Below, piece by piece: positions 11,596-26,094 of a DNA stretch of 64,000 bases; the stretch's first letter is position 1; every line of letters starts with the position of its first letter. This DNA comes from Octopus sinensis (taxonomy: Eukaryota): contig NC_043006.1 in NCBI RefSeq assembly GCF_006345805.1, positions 48,794,001 through 48,858,000 on the forward strand, read 5' to 3'. A model generated the notes under the pieces. It saw only the letters and a program-made list of their open reading frames with translations, searched no databases and was not told the DNA's origin. The translations under genes and the position numbers were made by a program.

Positions 11596-12447
11596 GCCAA
11601 CTCAAAAGACCATTAAAGACAGGTTTCGTAGTTTTTCTGTCAAGAGCTAAAAAGACCAAAATTTCTGTTGTTTCAAATATCTTGAGGAAGCAACATACCA
11701 GAAGAAAATGTGGGTGATTCTTTGTGCTTTGTTGATGCTCTAAGGCAAATGTAAAGACTTCTGGGAACTGAAATCATTTAAATTTGAAGAGCACATCTAT
11801 CAGGATCAAATGAATTCTTGGCATGAAAACCTTGTTCCCTGTCAAAATTGTTGCTTCTTTCTCTGAAGATTCTTTGGTGGTGGGGGTCAACTGCTAGTAT
11901 AGTGGGATTCCAGGAAGATTCAGCGAATCTAAAAGCCAGTTTATTGGCATAGATGCCTCTCCTTTCTTCCACCTACCACAACCTCACACATACACAAAAA
12001 TACAACTCCATTTTTGTTTGTGTGTATATTTTACAGTTGGTTAACAGTTTAGTTACAGTAGGTGAATATACAACTCCATTACTTTCCTTCAAGAGACAAC
12101 TTAGGTTAAATTATACAAAGTGTTTCTGGAATAATTGGTTTGATGGGAGGAGGAAGATTCTAATTAGTCACTGATGCAGGATCTTTCCTTATTTATTCTA
12201 TTTCTCACAGCAAACTAATCTATTTGGCTTTATGAACTTCCTGTACTCACTTTTAACTGACTCAGACTTTCACAAGTTTCTGCGAATTTTTGTGTTCAGC
12301 TTGGATCAACGTGTTGTATAGATTGGATAGTGCTATTTGGAATATATAAAAGTGCTGATGTAGAAGTTAGATGAAACTGTAGTATGGAAGGACAGTGGTA
12401 TATGAAATATATAAAATTTGTTTCCGTCATATGTTGATGCAGGCCTC

Positions 12448-12698
12448 TTAACCCTTTGGCATTTAAACTGGCCGTATCCAGTCCAGATATTCTACTTGTT
12501 TAATGTTCAAATAGGCTAGAGCTGGCCTATCACACCTACCTTTCAATAATCCCAAAATCTCGAATTTATGAGATGAGTCCCACCCATTGTACTAGCATGG
12601 AAGACAGACATTAAACAATGATGATGATGATGAATTTAAAGCAACTGAAATAAACAAATATTACATTTGACAAAATAATCTGAATGCTAAAGGGTTAA
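12448..12698. mobile_element. piggyBac-like MITE, family H, carrying a SINE tail fragment near 12580-12632
   Basis: TTAACCCTTTGGC...GCTAAAGGGTTAA termini. Internal cccattgtactagcatggaagacagacattaaac(gat)n. Confidence 0.7.
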
Positions 12699-12762
12699 AT
12701 CAAACTCTAGTATAAGAACAACAATAATATATACAAACAGACATGCAGGTAGATAGATAGAT

Positions 12763-12996
12763 AGGCGGCAAGCTGGTAGAAACATTAGCACGGTGGGCGA
12801 AATGCTTGCCGGTATTTCGTTTGTCTTTACGTTCTGAGTTCATATTCCACCGAGGTTGACTTTGCCTTTCATCTTTCGGGGTAGATATATTAAGTACCAG
12901 TTACACACTGGGGTCGATGTAATCAACTTAATCCCTTTGTCTGTCCTTGTTTGTCCCCTCTATGTTTAACCCCTTGTGGGCAATAAAGAAATAAGA
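12763..12996 (+). mobile_element. SINE family C, variant 3' end
   Basis: ggcggcaagctggtagaaac...ctgagttcatattcc...ggggtcgatgtaatc. Confidence 0.8.
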
Positions 12997-13102
12997 TAGA
13001 GAGATGGGTAGGTAGGTAGGTAGATAGATAGAAATAAATATACATATATAGTTAGCTCAGAAATGTATAAAATTAGCTTGGTTAATAATGAAGTGTCTAG
13101 AC

Positions 13103-13424
13103 CAGGCCTGGCCAACTTAAATTACATTGTGTGCCACTTTAATCACAAAAAGTTTTTTTGAGGGCCGTTTGTATACTGACAAAATTGAAAGCGTTTTGCT
13201 TTCTCATCTATTATTATAATAATGAATGAATGACTGTTGATTCAACATCAAATATTATCGTTGCAAAAACAGTAGTATCTTTCTTTTTTACTTTTCATTA
13301 CAATCTTTGATTTTTGATGAAATTTTTAAAATGTTTGTTTAAATAGACCCATTTCAAGAAAGTATCAAGTGGGCCGCAAGATAAAAAAGTCCGTGGCCTG
13401 TGGGCCTCAGCTTGTCCAGCCCTG
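13103..13424. mobile_element. hAT-type MITE, uninterrupted copy in the opposite orientation
   Basis: Termini CAGGCCTGGCCAAC / CTTGTCCAGCCCTG. Flanks gtctagac / atcttgat. Internal match to 50624-51306. Confidence 0.75.
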
Positions 13425-13914
13425 ATCTTGATTAATCTGCAGCATTTGAAATCTGAAATAAATATAATTAATTTGTTTCATATGCTGATGTAGTTTATAC
13501 AACTGATTGACCCCACTAGAACACAAAGACAAATATGCAATGAAACTATAATTCTGCCTAAAAATTTCTCTCAACTGACGCAGATGTTGACTTTTCTGCA
13601 TAGTTCTGCATGTGTTACATTTTGTAATCTGTCCCATAGTGGTGTGTTACTATGTTTTCTCTGTCACATTAGTGGTGTATCATATAGTGCTGTTAGATCG
13701 CCTTCTGTTATGTAGTGGTGTATCCATATAGTGATGTTATCACACTGTGGTATGATGTATCATTATAGGGAATGTGTCGCACACAGTGAAGTATTACACA
13801 GTCAAGTGTCACATGATCAATGTACCACATCATCATATATCTTACAAGTCATCTTTTTAATAGTATATTGTTATATAGTGAGATACCACAAAATAACATA
13901 TTTAGTCATATTGT

Positions 13915-14006
13915 GATATATATATGTGTGTGTGTGTATATGTATATATATAACTATGTATATATGTATGTGTATATAAATATGTGTGCATGTATACAAG
14001 TATGTA

Positions 14007-14040
<34 letters not shown>

Positions 14041-14108
14041 CATATACACATGCATATATATATATATATACACACACACATATATATATATACATACATA
14101 TTTATATA

Positions 14109-14148
<40 letters not shown>

Positions 14149-14200
14149 TACATATACATACATATTTATTTACATATATATATGTATGTGTGTGTGTGTG
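13915..14200. repeat. (TA)/(TG)/(CA) microsatellite complex
   Basis: Direct reading. Confidence 0.95.
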
Positions 14201-15735
14201 TTGCTTAGTAACAGGAAAAATAGAACTCAAAACATGAGTGCATATATTTTTTTTTTATTTTTGATTGGCAGAAGTTGAATAAGATGCTCAAAGCCCTAGA
14301 GTTTTATGCAGACAAAATTCCCATCCCATGCATCCCTTTGCAATTTTTGCCAATTAAAAGTAAAAATGTCTGTTTGAGTGCATGTGTAATGAATGTATGA
14401 AATATCCTACAAAATTCTATCATTTCAACTCATTTGATTACCACATTTTTTGCTTCTTTTTTTTTATGTCCTTGTTTATCTTTATCCAATTCTTTATAGT
14501 TGTGATTTGACTGCTAAGATCTATGGCTTCACTTATTCTATTTGAGTTTCCACTCCATTTTTCACCTCATTCACCTAACACAGTGGTTTCCCAAACATTT
14601 CTTAACATCACACCCTTCAGAAATGTTCAATTTTTATGTCCCACTACTAAAGTGATGATATTATACTCAAAGATGTAAAAGTCACTTTTAAGAACTAGTT
14701 TTCTTTTTATATATATATATATATTTGACCCCCCCCCCCACAGTAATTAGTGAGTAATTATTGAAAACTAATTGTGTACATAAAATTCAATTACTTCGTT
14801 CATGCTTCTTGCTCATGACTTTATCCAAATATGGAACTTTCTTGCTGGTTATGATGTGCAGGTCTGCCTGTTGGTCCATGAAATTCCTAGATTTTTGTTG
14901 TGGTTGACAAACGGTAACTGAATTTAGGTTCACACAAATATGTCTTTGTAAATGGAATGAGGACACAGTTCTTGGTCATTAATCATTTAAGGGTTAATTC
15001 TGTCTAGGTAGTATGATATAAGTTCTTGGTGTGCTTAACAAAAGCAAAATTATTTCTCAGGGTTTGTAGTTTTGCAAGCTACTTGGTGACTTCAGTTGCA
15101 CTGGTGACATGAAAAAAGCACCTGGCATATGCTGTGGTTGGCATTAGGAAGGGCACACTGCTATGGAAACCATGCCAAAGCAAGCATGATACAGTCTTTG
15201 GGCCCATCAGAGCCTGTCAAACCGTCCAACTCATGCCAGCATGGAACATGGATTTTAAGTTATGGTTAATTTTATTCTGCAAAGTGATTTTAATGAAGTC
15301 ACTATTATCTTCTCTTTACTGCACCCACTGAAATTCCACTTCACATTCCCAGGGAGTTGAGGAACCCCAAGTTGGGAGACCTTGATCTAATGTATTTGCT
15401 TTAGCGAATTACATATTAATTTATTCAGAAGTTGGATCAGCAGAATCATTAGAACTTTAGACAAAAGTGCTTTGCAACATATTATGCCTGTCTAAGAAAT
15501 CATTTTCCTATCTTCCCTCTTTTTAGCTCATGGTTTTTTGTAGGGGGTGGGCATATGTATGATTAAAGAATGTCATTTTCTACAAATGATTCCCCTCGTT
15601 TTCATTTTCTTTTTTTTATTTATCATTGAAAGAACTTGAAGTTCTGGTTGAAGTATTTTAAAAATCCACATTCAAGATGTACAGGCAACCATTTCACAGT
15701 AGTTACAAAATATCTATCTTGTAACTGACCTAACC

Positions 15736-15962
15736 CTAACCCTTTAGCATTTAAACTGGCCCATGTCCAGCCAAACTATTCTCCTCCTATTTTAAGTCCA
15801 AATTTGCCAGATCCAGCTTCTCACACCTCTCCTACAGTGTCATTCTAAAAACAAGCAATTACGTCATCCGAATCTCAAAGCTACTAGATTTATTCATGAT
15901 TTATTCGAAATAATGTGGATAAATAAACATTACATCTTGATATATGAATGCTAAAGGGTTAA
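15736..15962. mobile_element. piggyBac-like MITE, family H
   Basis: CTAACCCTTTAGCATTTAAAC...GCTAAAGGGTTAA. Confidence 0.7.
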
Positions 15963-16329
15963 ATCTCAAAAACTCTATATCATAGAATACTATTGAAATA
16001 CTATTCATCAAGTCTTCCCCTTACTTTGTGTTATTCATTTATTCATTCATATCACTGTGTCTGATGTTAAAAAACATGCACAGCTAAGTACCCACTCTGT
16101 ACTCTACCCTCTACCCCTTCTGCTGCCCTGGACCAGGTACTGTAACCTGTTTCATTTACTAGCATGTTCTTTATAACCATCCTTCTTTCATTCTTCATTT
16201 TTGTCAGTCCTAATAGTAGCTCTCTCTGCCTTTAATATTTCTCTCTTTCATCTCTTTTTCCCCATATTATTTATTTGTTATCTACTATTTTCTTTCTTAA
16301 CCTGCTGTCAAATATCCATAACATTTCAA

Positions 16330-16495
16330 TTCTGGAGAAAGCCTCTGCATTTTCTGTCTGCTTTTGTTATCCAAATCCATATTGCACTCACTGGGGAAAG
16401 TGCAAAACCAACAAGGCCTCAAGCCCTGACATCCCTTCTGTTACCCTCAAACAATGCAACTCTGTGCAAGACCACCCTGTCTTCACCAAACACTT

Positions 16496-16576
<81 letters not shown>

Positions 16577-16830
16577 GAGATATACACACATACACACCCC
16601 TATTTATCTATATCTCTGTCTCTCACTGTTGTTATGATGGTATTTGCTCTTTGAAATTGTACTGTATCCAGCACTAACCATTAAGCCGAGTGTTTTCTCT
16701 CCAGACAATTAGCCTTCATGCTTTACCTGCAACCATTGAGATGCAAGACCTCAAGAAAGAGAAACATTCAATTAATCTCACCACTCTCGGACCTATTAAA
16801 GTCATGGATACCACCTCTTCCTCCAGACCA
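16330..16830 (+). mobile_element. Possible degraded Penelope GIY-YIG C-terminal remnant split by a (CT)n(AT)n microsatellite
   Basis: Conceptual peptides DHPVFTKHFNL and KKEKHSINLTTLGP resemble recalled PLE motifs HF(N)LP and KLIFQLGTL.P; weak. Confidence 0.3.
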
Positions 16831-19800
16831 ACAACACACCCATATATATATTTTCTTTAAATAATTGTCAAATCTCTTATCTCTACTGATTCTTTGGAGG
16901 TTCTGTCTAAAATCAATTGCTCTGAATTTAATTTCACCTTTCTCCATCTAAACCTCCACACACACACACACACACACACACACCCCTGCCACTCTCACAC
17001 ACTCACATCTTGCCTTATTTCATCCTTTTCTCTGTAATTGGTCTGATTATAAAGAAATCATTAGTTTCTTTCAATGAACTTGCTTACATTCTAAAATAAA
17101 ATGCTTGAAAAATGAAAAAGGAATATATTCCATTTTATGCTTTTGATTTTCGGATGGGCATGCCTTTGCTCAAATCATTAAATTTACTTTGTCATTTTTT
17201 TAAAAGTCAATTAAAAAAATGATTAGCATCTTTCATTTATGCTATTGCTTCATCAATGTTCCTTGTGGGTTTTTAATCCATTCATTTCTTGTCTAAAACA
17301 TTCAGCCACCATTTTAGAAATTTTGAAAAATTTGCAGGAAGAGATTTGAAAATTAGAGCATACATTATGATTCCGAGTAGTCTGAAGTCATTGTGAATTA
17401 TTATCGTATTGGATCATATTATACTGTTAATTTAATCTCTATCATTTGTCAAATATCAACTGAAAATCAGGTTTGATTCTTTATTTATTTTATTTTGTGA
17501 TCTGCTCTGCTTTCTTCGAAATCATTGGTTATATTGCCAAATACTTAGAATATATGATTTATAATATTCTTTCTCATTCTCATAGTTGTCTTGTCTCAAA
17601 CAACACCTTACTAATTCACTAAATCTCAGTTCCTTCCAAACTCTCTGCTTGTTATTTAATTCTCTCTATTCCTAGATTTTTTTCTCTGTATTCTTTCAAA
17701 TGTATATTGATGAGGTTAGCATATCAAAAGTATTCCAAGCAAATGTAAAATTGGACCAGTTCGGACATCAATCACTATATATATATATTTATTATTGTTA
17801 TATATGTAATATGCATGTGTATGTTAGTTCATGTACGCGTGTGTGTGTCTCAGCTACAATTACCTATCATCCTCATCATCATGCACTCACACTTTTGTGT
17901 GTAAGATTGTGTTTGTATGTTTGTATTGCGTGTGCATGAATATGTATGTATGATATATATTTATATATGTATATACATACACCCACGTGCACAATCTCAC
18001 ATTTAATGTATTTATGTGCATTGATATACATATGACTTTATTTTTCTTCTTCTTATTATTATTGATGTGGTTTATTATGTTAACTTGTCTATATGCAAGA
18101 GGAAGAACGTATGCATGTGTCTGTGACTGAGGGAGTTGACTCTACAACTATGGCTGTGAAAAACGATTAACTGTGTATTTGCCAGCATAAAATATATATA
18201 TTTTAACTTTGACTTGAATTTTTTTCAAAAAAAAATATATTATTCATTGCATTTTTTTTTTAAAGTTTTGAAAAACTGTTTTAATAATATTAAACAAATT
18301 TAGAGGTGGAAGTTGAATGTAAAATTGTAAATTTTCATTCTTAAGTTGTTTAAAATGAAAAGTCAACAAATATTGAAAAATATTCACAAAAAAAAAAGAG
18401 CCAGAAAAGTAAAAATTTCTAATAATAACAAAGAGGTTTTATTTTTATTTATTTATTTTTTTTAATTTTGATATTGAGATAAGTTGGAAAATTCCCTTTG
18501 TTAACTTTAATCTATTTTTTCATCTTGAATTTTTATTTTCTATTATTATTTTTTTTCCTTCAATTATATTTCTGTATTCGATCTAGATGTTTATTTAGCT
18601 GTAGACATAAACTGAAAGTAGTTAACTAACTTTTTTAATAAACTCAAAAACACCAGAGAAGTTGTAAAAAAAAAATAATAATATGAGACACTTATGAAGA
18701 AAAAAAAAACAATCATTATGTCATTCCTTTGTTTTTTGCCTTTTGCAGATTTTTATTTTATTTTTTTTATTTTTTACTAAAAAAAATTGTCTTTTTGAAG
18801 TTATTTATTTGATCGCACATTTTTCTTTTCATTAAAGAAAGAAACCAGTACTCTAGACAAACCATTTAGTTGATTTCAGCTGAAACAAACCCAGAGCTTA
18901 ATATTCTCTCACATCTCTTCCATATTCAGAGATATAGTTGAAGAATTGAGCAGAACATGTTGCTAGCCATTAGCTTTCCATAGTTGCCTAAAATAAGTTG
19001 CAACAATATTTAGTTAACTCTTTGATGTAACTTCCAGGTTAAGAAGTCATTATTGTTGCTGTTTAATCCTTCCTGAAAACAATAAAAGAAGGACCAGCAC
19101 ACCAACAAGAAGAGTATTTATTGGGCTATAAAATGTCTGCTTCAATGATTCATGTTACGTATCCAAATTTCCATGTACTATCCGCCTCATTTGAAGTTGT
19201 GAAATAAATATTTCACCTGATATGTCCGTTTTAAAAAAATTATGCCTCACTGTCAAAGAACAATCAGACCATTTTAGCATTATTATTAATAATAATAATA
19301 ACTCTTTAGCAAGTAGTCTCAGTAATAAAGATTTATCACAAATCCTGTCAGATACAGAGTAACTTCCCTTTAAAGATTGACACGTAGATTATCTCCCCTC
19401 GCTGCCTCTGTGAAACTGGATATATTCTACACATACACACAACCATGCCAGCGAGATAACAGTATAATTTCGTCTGGTCGATTTAAGTATTATTTACGAA
19501 AGTACTCAAGTAGTTTGTGAAAGAAATAAAAGCTTATGTGAAATTGATCAAACTCCAAAAATATGCCACGTAAACCAAAGAGGAAATAATATCCTCCTTC
19601 AGTACTGTTACATTTAACTCTAAGAATTGCATTAGATATTACATTTAAAAACAAAATTACATTTTTAGCCAGTTTTTAAGCAAATTTCCAACTTGTTTTG
19701 TGCTTTTCGTTGATGAATAAATTACAATCTAAAAGAATATACAGATTTCTCACCTCCCAATAATGTGTTACATTAAAAATCTTTAGAAACAGTTAGTAAT

Positions 19801-22800
19801 AACTGAAGAAATATAACTAATTTTTAGGTAGTAAAATTCTGTTTGTAACTAACTCCCACTTCAAAATAGAGTTCATAATCACCAACCATGTAATATATTT
19901 ATTTTTTTTTTTTTACTTTATTCATTACTTTAGAATATATTTCTGTTTTATTTGTCACATTTATCTTCTCTATTAAGCTGCTCTGCATGTGTCTTTTAAT
20001 TTTGATATTTAATTAATTCTGCTAAATTGTACCAATATGGCTCACTTGCACTCTCTCTCTCTCTCTGGGAAGAAAAAAAATATCAGTTATCACCATTTAA
20101 CCGTTTGCTTTGGGTTAATTAATGTTCTATTTAATAATCACAAAGAAAAAAAAATCAAAAGGTGATATAGGGAAGGATTGGGTTTTTTTTTTTTTTTTCC
20201 ATGTGTGCTATGCTACTAACAAAGTTTTTGATATTCATCTATTTTTACTAGTTAATAATCATGTTAAAAAAAATAACCTTTTCTTATAACAGCATGATTA
20301 ACCACTAATAAAGGATTTGCTTTAACCATTGTATATCTATTTCATATCATAACACCACTGTCCCCCATTTGTATAAATATTTTGGTATAAATTAATTTTT
20401 TAAAAAACCAGCAACTCTCCTTTTCACACACGCACAAACTGACTACATTTTCCAAGCCAGCAAATTAATAATTATTCTTACAATTTCTGTGGTGGAGGTG
20501 GGTGAAGTGGTGGTTGAGAGTGGTAAGTGTAGTCTGTGGGGGGTGACATTATCAAACTGATTTATATTCCACTCTCCTCTTCCACACCTACCTCTCACTT
20601 TTTTTTTTATCTGATCAAAATGTTTCTATGATGTGTTGATATATTTTTCAAAAACTGACAATTTTTTTTTTTTTTTTCACAAAGGTAGCATTAGATAGAT
20701 ACACATAGATGATTATCTTGGTAAATGTTGAACAAAACAATAAATAAATGAAATAACAGAAGAACCTTACATTCAAAGTGCCTTTCTAATATGCTGTGAG
20801 GATGCTTAGCAAAATAGTCTATTTTCAGGTTTTGCTTATCAGCTGTGAAAACTATGAAGTAAGTGTCAGTGTTTAAGGCACTGAAAGAATAAAAAAGTGG
20901 GGCCAATTTAATTATAGATAGATATACTACAGGAATATATTTATTTAATATTCTATTGAATGAAATAACTACAAGCTTTGGCACACTTAAGCTAAGAGCT
21001 ACACTGACAGTGAGGTTAAAGCTTACTGGCAGTTCAAGTTCAAAGTATTATTATCACTATAGTTGGAATCTTCTTGCCATTTTGTGTAATATATATAAAA
21101 CTAAGCTCCTTACAAATTTACCCAATTGACAAAAAAACCAAGGCTCATTCCTAATTCAGTTGAATAATTTGTGATACCAAACGAAAGGCTATCGAGACAA
21201 GAGCTTTCCACAAAGGTCTTTCGCTCACCTTATGAGTACAGCAGAATATTATATATAAAAACTATGTTAAAAAAGGTGGAGGCTGTTTGCCAGGCAAAAG
21301 AAATATTTATATATAACTTCACTGAAGAAGAGAAAACTACATCATTATTCTCTGTAAAACCAAGATTTCTAGTTTTTAGCTGTCTATATAGTTCAGTGTT
21401 CTGTAATTGTCTATTAAACCTAATGTGTCCCCACAACTACTACTCCTTCAAAACTAGACAATATAGATTTCATACCCTCCTGTTATAAGGTTATAAGTAT
21501 TTCCCATCGCATACAGACTTCATGTATGTAAGTGATGGGAAATATTTGCAACATAGTGAAGTACCCTGTTGTGTGTCTGCTGTATATGCATGTCTGATGT
21601 GTATGCGTGTGCCTTCCAAATAGCTCATTTCTTATTGTACAAAGCTCACTTCAACAAATTAAAAGGGTATCGCCTTTGAATTGTAGGCAACTTAAGCTGA
21701 CCCTGTGGAAGAAGAATCAACAGTACATTCGTAGATAAATATATAATGAAGTGAGGTTCTGTTATTTTTTTATACACCCAGTTTCATGATGAACTGGACG
21801 ATTGGTCTCCGTACATTGCAAGCTGACAAAACAATTATCCAAAACATCCAAAACCTGCCTTTTCTCACAGCATTTGAACATATTTTACAGTTTTTATTAA
21901 CAAAATAATTGTACAGCATTTCCATATAGATTCTCCACAGTTGTGATTATATAAATTAATTTAGAGTTTCTAAATTCTTCATTTTTTTGTTCTTTAATTC
22001 CCCCAAATTACTTTAAGGTTTGAATATTATTAAATTGTAAAAGTATCTATTCATGTCATTTCATTTTTTTTTTTAACAAAACGACATTTTCACAACACTC
22101 TTACCTAATTCCTTTCCACTCTTTTACTGGTTCTACTTAACCAGGCTATGACCATAGTGGGGCACTGTCCTCTAGCTGTTTCATATATCTGCTCTACAGC
22201 CAAACACATGTGCATACAATATGCACAAATGGACTGACATATCCATCTATATTCCCTTTATGAATAAATGTAATACAACTGATACTGAGGCTGTTTGTTG
22301 AGCACTTATTACACATTGATGATAGATTGTTATCTAGCATAAAGACATAGAGAAGTCTTCAATTATTCCAGCCCAATTTAGGTGGTTTTGTTTTGTTTGT
22401 GTATTTTCTTAATTTCAAACACAACAAAATGCCAATAAATTATGAATATATATTTCTTGATTCCTTCCTTCACTCTGAATTCTAGCCTCTCAAATTTTAC
22501 CTGAGTATTCTTTTTCCCCTGCTGTTTCTCTTCAGTTTTTATCCCACTCATACTTTCTCCCACTCTATCTATCTTTCTATCTACACTCACATGTTTCTCT
22601 TTAACTAACTATTGAGCCACAGACACAAGTATAAATGCAATAGGAATAAACGTGACTTCATAGCTCATGAATGCTGTATCCAAGGTATTTTACCCTTAAA
22701 CTTTCAGCGAATCAGCATCTCTTATTTCTTTTATGAATTTCAGCCTTATGGTTGCAGTCATGCTGGAGCACCATCGTATTTCAGTCTCATTGAAAATTTT

Positions 22801-23597
22801 CTGGTTTTACATGTCCAGTCAGCTGTGTTCCAGTTATCTGGAACAACTATCACACTATATTGAATATCAACAAGCTGCCATGTTGTTAAGTTGACTTTAC
22901 ATAAAGATATTTTTTTCTTCGTTATATCAAAGTGAAGAACTATTATCTTTCTTTTCCAATTCCACTGAGATAACCCAAAAGCAAGTATTTTAAACACACG
23001 GCATTGATTTGGAACATGTCTTTTTCCCTGTTTGTTTACACAAGTTCTTGTTTAACATATCTGTCTGTATGTGAGTGAGAGACAATCTTATGGGTCAATG
23101 GATTATTAAAGTTTACTTGAAGACTTCATCTCTATGTAGTGTGTCTAGCATAACCGAGCCTCATATAGTTGTTTCCTCTCTGAGCAATGTTGAATGAGAG
23201 TTTTTGAAACTCAACATGAAAAGATATCAAGACACTCACTGGTTCTGAACCAACATCAGTACTCAGCTACTTACCAAAGTGTGTAGATTTGGTTCCTACA
23301 CTGCTTCATTATTTTACGGGGTGGTGGGGTTTGTAGACACCCATAGCTTCGCATTTGTACATACACATTTATACTCATATGCAAAGATAATCATGCACAA
23401 TTTAATTCATTTGCTCCATCCCTACCATCCAAAAAAAGTGGCCATTATTCATCATATTATCTCTTCATAAATCATAACATCAAAGATTTAATCATTTTTT
23501 TTTTTAATATTTAAAAAGAGAAGAAAAAAAAAGAAAGCCATAGTCTTCGGCTACTTACTCCGTACGTTTGATGCTAACGTTTTTTCTACAATTACAG

Positions 23598-23746
23598 TGA
23601 AGCCTCAACAAAGTTCTAGCCCTTATAAAAGACCCAACCCTCCAGTATCAAGTGGCCCTATAAAACCCCGCTCACCAATGCCAATAGTAACACCTAAGGC
23701 CCCAGATGTTACTCTAAAATCAGGAAAAGAAGAGTCTGAGATGCAG
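23598..23746 (+). CDS. fra: Penultimate coding exon (V)KPQQSSSPYKRPNPPVSSGPIKPRSPMPIVTPKAPDVTLKSGKEESEMQ; phase 1-0
   Basis: Branch-like gctaac plus tttttctacaattacag acceptor, and CAG|gtaagg donor. Resembles fly Fra RPQNQSPYKKP and DCC KARSPLLPVSVPTAPEV as recalled. Phase matches the P3 exon. Confidence 0.85.
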
Positions 23747-24922
23747 GTAAGGTTAGGACTGGAGAATATCACACAAAAAGTACTAAGAAAGATATATTGT
23801 ATATATATATATATAATCACACACACATATGTATATATATGTCTATATGCATGGAATTTATGTATATTCATACATACACACTCATATACAGAGAGAAAGG
23901 ATTGTACAGGAATAGATGTATATATATATATACACAATTCATAGAGAGAGCAGTATAAGAATCGATGTTTATGTGTTTGTATACATGCATATATATATAT
24001 ATACATAGATATAAAATAGTCACTATATAATGTGTATTATATATATGTAAATATGGATTTTTGTTTCCTCAATAGATATGGTTCGCTTTGTCAGTATCTA
24101 ACCATATCAATGTAAAATTCTCTTATTTCTGAGAGATTTTCTATCTCTTTCCTTCTTTCTTTCTTTCTTTCTACCCCTTTTGAAATATATTTCAATTTCT
24201 CTCTGTCTCTCTTTCTCACTTTCTCTCTTTCTATTTTCTCCTTTTTTTTTTTTTTCCTTGGATTACTGCGTCAAAAGTCTAACGTTCTGTGCTGTGAGAG
24301 CTTGGTAAAAATGGGGTTTAACAAACTTAAAAAGTTTTTTTCACTGTATAAATATATCTATATAACAAACGACGTATAAAAATATGTTTTTTATATACAT
24401 AAAAAGCAACCAACTTATACCGAATAACGGACTCAATACATATATGGAGTCTAGTATTACAATTTTGATAACGGTGACTTCCAAGTTTTGCCAGCATTGT
24501 TTTATTCAAGCAGTTTAAATGACTCGACACTGGAAAAACTTAGAATTTGCTATCAACAAAAATTGTGTGTGTATGTATATATATATATATATACATACAC
24601 ACACTTCTATATATATAATTTTTCTTCATCACTGATGACTTCATGATCTTTTTTTTCTTTTGTCTATTCTTTTTTTTTTTTCAACTTAATTCCCTTTGTC
24701 TTTCCTCTCTTCCAAACCCCATTTTCACACTAAAATTAATAATAATGATAAATAAAATTATTATCATCATTATTATCTTTACTATTAGCATCTTACTTAT
24801 TTCTCCTTGTCTGACAGTTTCTTTCAGATGAAACAATCTCCGACTAATCAACTAACAAATGAGTTCCTTCTTTTCTTTCTCATTCTTTCCTCTCTTTCTT
24901 TCCTTCTTCCCTTCTTTCACAG

Positions 24923-24946
24923 AAGGGACAGAATGAACATGTTTAG
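24923..24946 (+). CDS. Candidate alternative last exon KGQNEHV* (phase 0), giving a P3-less isoform
   Basis: About 60 nt of nearly pure pyrimidine ending ttctttcacag, preceded by branch-like ctaac/ctaat. In frame with the 23746 donor. Confidence 0.3.
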   Translation, partial: KGQNEHV

Positions 24947-26094
24947 CATAAGATCAGCAAAACCACATGTAAATGTATCCTCAAAGCCATCATTCCACAA
25001 ATAGATTATATTGTCTTATATCATATACTCATATCTCATTTTTAGATATTAATTAGAATGGAAACAGCCTTAATAATAGTAATTTAATTAATTTTAATTT
25101 TTTTTTATTTTTAATATTTCTATTTTCAGTATTCTGCTAACATATATATACATATGTATATATTTTTATTTACTTAGCATAATTTTTAGCCATCATCATC
25201 CTCATCATCATAATCATTATCATCCTTATAAATATTGTTATTATTATTGTTATTATAAATTTTCTTTTTAAATGCTTTTTTTTCTTAAAGAGCAGATAGA
25301 AAACCTGCAATGCACCAGTTTAAGATGTAATTAAAGTGGTTCATTTAGAACAATTTCTTTATGAAATAAAAAACAAAAAATTTTACTTCAAAGAATATTT
25401 CATTGGTAAAACCTCCCTCCCCCTCTCTCTCTCTCACTCTGTATATATATATATGTGTGTGTATGTATATATATATATATATAGTTTACATAATGTTATA
25501 TAACTAGCATAAAGTTTTCTCTTTGTAAACTGCTCTTCTTTATCTTACATATTTTCTCTTATTTCTTTTTCTTCTTATGTCTATCTTCTACTTTTCTTAA
25601 AATTTCTCGTGCGTGTGTGTGTGTCTGTCTAATGTAAACCTCGCTCTCTTTCTCTCCAAGTTCTTCCTTTGCAACCACCAGTCATGGAAGCTAATAGGAA
25701 CAATTAGAGGGGAAAAGCCTCAGGCTAGCCTTACATAACAGTGCCACTGACATTCCTATTCCCCAATGTCCTAATGGAGCTATTATCCTGTGTCTGAAAG
25801 AGATATCATATTTTGTGCTCACATTCTTATTTTTGCACCATCAGCTCCCCCCCCCCAACTCATATATTTATTCACTTTCTCATCTGTCTATTTATCTATC
25901 TATCTACTTGTCTATATATCTATAGCCATATATATATATATATGTTCACATATACACACTTGCGCACATACATGTATAATATACCAAATTCTTTCATCTG
26001 ATGTTCTGAGACATCAGGAAAATTAGCATTATTTTTTTTTCTACCCAATATTTTATTCTTCACTTCAAAAATATAAAGTTTCTGGGGGTTTATC

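Noticed and set aside
15730-15745. Interstitial telomere repeat (TAACCC)2
   Set aside because: It is the end of a piggyBac-like MITE with a small duplication.
21498-21544. Small hairpin as a miRNA precursor
   Set aside because: Only 12 plus 5 bp with a 4-nt bulge, too short for a Drosha substrate.
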